Shown here one piece after another: positions 62,074 through 64,000 of a stretch of DNA of 64,000 bases. Location: contig CAWKKR010000011.1 in NCBI GenBank assembly GCA_963850305.1, positions 262,641 through 326,640 of the forward strand, written 5' to 3'. Position numbers and translations under genes: made by a program. How positions within the stretch are numbered: position 1 is the stretch's first letter; every line of letters begins with the position of its first letter. The notes under the pieces are model-generated. The model was given only the letters and a program-made list of their open reading frames with translations, did no database searches and had not been told where the DNA came from. This stretch comes from an uncultured delta proteobacterium (GTDB lineage Bacteria > Myxococcota_A > Polyangia > Polyangiales > Polyangiaceae).

Positions 62074-63519
62074 TCAGCCGCCGTCGACGCCGCCCGTAGA
62101 TGCGGTCCTTGGTCCCAGCACGAAGTCGAGATCGGTGCGGGCCATTTCCACCGTGGGAACGCGCGCAGCTACGGCGGGATCGAGCCCACCCAGCTGCTCC
62201 AATCGCTGGAGGACGTGTGGCGAGAAGGCACGGAAGAGAAGGCGCACGGATGCCGTGTAATGCCCCCCTGCGAGCGCCGACAGATCGTAGGAGCGCGGGT
62301 CCGTCTCCGACACCGCGATGAGGTGGCTCGTCTCCGAGTTCGGCTCCCAGAGGAAGTCGACCGGATGGGGTGCCGGAGCGGTCGAGGCGTCGGTCGGCGC
62401 GGCGAAGAACAGCTCCTGACCGTACCAGACGAGACTCGGATCGGTCCCGGGACGCGTCGTGCGGGTCGGGTCGTTCACCCGAAGGTCTCCGTTCTCGTCG
62501 AGCGTCCCGGATTCGAAGACCGTCGCGCCAGCGTCATTCCGGACGAGGAGCTCGATCCACATCTGACGATCGGCGGTCGCGCCGGTCGGGAGCGCATGGC
62601 CGGCGAGGTTCTGGATCGTGACGCCGACGCGTCGCGTGGACGGGTCCACGACCGCGGCGAACGCCACGCTGCCCTGGAGCAGGGCCTCGGTGCGATTTCG
62701 GAGCTCCGCGTAACCGGGGAAATCGGGTGCTGAAAGAAGCGAGACGTCGACGCCTGCAAACACGTGATCATGAAGGGTGCGCGACGGGTGTCCGACGGCG
62801 GCGGGACCCGTGGAGCTCGGCATGTGGCAATCCTGGCAGGATCGGAAGCCATTGAAGTCGCTCTGCACCCATTCGATGTACGTGCGCTCGAGCGCGACGT
62901 CGTTCGGGTTGACGACGACGTGGCAGGTCCCGCAGAGCTTCGAGTCCTCGAACAGATCACTGTGGGCGGTCTGGTGCGCCGTGCAGGGGTCGGGGTTCGG
63001 AATGGGCCCCTGACGGGTGCCGTCACGGGTCATCGTGAAATCGGCGTTGGACTCGTCTTCGATTGACGTGATCGAGTGACAGACGAGGCACGACACGCCG
63101 TCGGTCGCGTCCGTCGGAAGCCCGTCGAACGGCTGCGTGAAATCGCCGGTCGCGGGGTCCTTCCTGACGGCCGTTGCCCCGGTAGCGCTGCCGATCGGGG
63201 TGTGACACTTGACGCAAAAGTCTCCGAGCTGACCGGCGGTGTCGTGCTGGCCAACTTTCACCATCGCCTGGAACACCGGATCCTTCATGGCGTAGGCGTG
63301 TGAAGAGACGTCCCACTCGGCGACCTGTTGCGGATGACAGCTCGCACACTCCGTCTCGGGTCCAGTCGGCGGATGGGACGAGCCATCCATATTTTCTCGC
63401 GCCGGATGACCCGTGCACCCACAGACGAACGCACCGGCGCACGCACACGCACACGCACACGCACACGCCCGCGTGCACGAAAGGAGAAGCCGGGCACGCA
63501 TTGACGCGTTGCTCGCCAC
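62074..63519 (-). CDS. multihaem c-type cytochrome (five CxxCH), secreted/lipoprotein
   Basis: Haem motifs are CASCH, CVKCH, CLVCH, CGTCH and CQDCH. Start is GTG 63519 or ATG 63501. The signal region MRARLLLSCTRACACACACACAGAFVCGC is encoded by a hexanucleotide repeat. Confidence 0.85.
   Translation of the reverse strand: MASNASMRARLLLSCTRACACACACACAGAFVCGCTGHPARENMDGSSHPPTGPETECASCHPQQVAEWDVSSHAYAMKDPVFQAMVKVGQHDTAGQLGDFCVKCHTPIGSATGATAVRKDPATGDFTQPFDGLPTDATDGVSCLVCHSITSIEDESNADFTMTRDGTRQGPIPNPDPCTAHQTAHSDLFEDSKLCGTCHVVVNPNDVALERTYIEWVQSDFNGFRSCQDCHMPSSTGPAAVGHPSRTLHDHVFAGVDVSLLSAPDFPGYAELRNRTEALLQGSVAFAAVVDPSTRRVGVTIQNLAGHALPTGATADRQMWIELLVRNDAGATVFESGTLDENGDLRVNDPTRTTRPGTDPSLVWYGQELFFAAPTDASTAPAPHPVDFLWEPNSETSHLIAVSETDPRSYDLSALAGGHYTASVRLLFRAFSPHVLQRLEQLGGLDPAVAARVPTVEMARTDLDFVLGPRTASTGGVDGG
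63441..63468. repeat. hexanucleotide microsatellite (ACGCAC)4.7 on the plus strand, equal to (GTGCGT)n in the cytochrome gene, encoding (Ala-Cys)n
   Basis: ACGCACACGCACACGCACACGCACACGC was read directly. It lies within codons ~18-27 of the cytochrome ORF. Confidence 0.9.
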
Positions 63520-63660
63520 TCTACCGAGGGTTCACCGAGAAAGCACGCGCCGCAAGATTTCGCGAGCGCCGGGCGAAGGAGACCCGCGCCCGTCGACAGC
63601 CGGAACCCTCCACTGATAAGCTTTTCTGCTTCGATTTCGCCCGGTCCGCGAAAGGCACTC

Positions 63661-64000
63661 ATGCTTCCTGTTCGATTCCTGGCCATGGCCTGTACGGTGG
63701 GGCTCTTCGGTGTCGGTTGTTCGTCGAGCAGTCATACGACTCTCGGGGCCGGCGACGGCGGCGTGAAAGTCGGTGACATCACCACCGCCGCCACCTTCGT
63801 CGCGGGGGGTTCGATCGGCGAGGTTTGGATCACGGACGCCAACCAGGGCGACAATCTCGTCCTCGCGGACGCGGACTCGAACGAGGTCGCGCATGGCTCT
63901 GCGGACGCGCTCGGCTCCCTGATCCTGCGCGGCATCACGCCGGGTCCAGGTTACACGGTGCGTCTCGTGACCGGGAACACGGTCGCGGGAACCAAGCCGT
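63661..64000 (+). CDS. lipoprotein, hypothetical; 3' end runs off the right window edge
   Basis: Absent from the ORF track because it has no stop. ATG 63661 gives MLPVRFLAMACTVGLFGVGCSSSSHTTLGAGDGG...EVWITDANQGDNLVLADADSNEVAHGSADALGSLILRGITPGPGYTV, with lipobox GVGC and high GC3. Confidence 0.65.
   Translation, partial: MLPVRFLAMACTVGLFGVGCSSSSHTTLGAGDGGVKVGDITTAATFVAGGSIGEVWITDANQGDNLVLADADSNEVAHGSADALGSLILRGITPGPGYTVRLVTGNTVAGTKP

Overview
Very GC-rich, densely coding chromosomal segment. Third codon positions are almost always G or C, so long Arg/Ala/Gly-rich shadow ORFs appear on the opposite strand of nearly every real gene. The source is almost certainly a myxobacterium (Myxococcota). 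Two secreted proteins end in MYXO-CTERM-type tails (GC[GS]C, hydrophobic helix, RRRR), two carry AgmX/PglI-like C-terminal modules, there are at least nine lipobox lipoproteins, and FHA-GGDEF proteins are present.

I support about 58 protein-coding genes.
- Housekeeping: ffh, purM, purN, truA, rsmI, rsmD, putA, an RpoH-like sigma factor, a ThiO-like oxidase.
- Envelope and lipid functions: three GT-C-like membrane glycosyltransferase candidates, a membrane sulfatase-like enzyme, and a serine palmitoyltransferase next to a GNAT N-acyltransferase.
- Transporters: a CPA1 antiporter and an FNT channel.
- Hydrocarbon oxidation: an AraC-controlled self-sufficient ferredoxin/FNR/AlkB-type monooxygenase fusion.

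I recognised no rRNA, tRNA, CRISPR array, transposase or integrase.

Best candidate for a new system: a five-gene, translationally coupled minus-strand operon at 34317..39697. It reads FHA-GGDEF, class-III aminotransferase, LuxE-like acyl-protein synthetase, LuxC-like acyl reductase, FHA-GGDEF. The enzymes predict fatty acid -> aldehyde -> amine chemistry bracketed by two c-di-GMP synthases.

Other notable structure:
- a phased 83-bp tandem repeat carrying perfect 15-bp palindromes, in a 0.9-kb non-coding gap
- a hexanucleotide microsatellite encoding (Ala-Cys)n in a multihaem cytochrome signal peptide
- 54-bp coding repeats in a LamG protein
- several decayed gene fragments

Caveat: at least nine conserved genes or gene ends are broken by single-nucleotide insertion-type (+1) frame shifts, two of them in essential ffh. 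Uncorrected insertion errors in the assembly explain this better than biology. All coordinates come from manual reading plus the ORF track. No database search was run.
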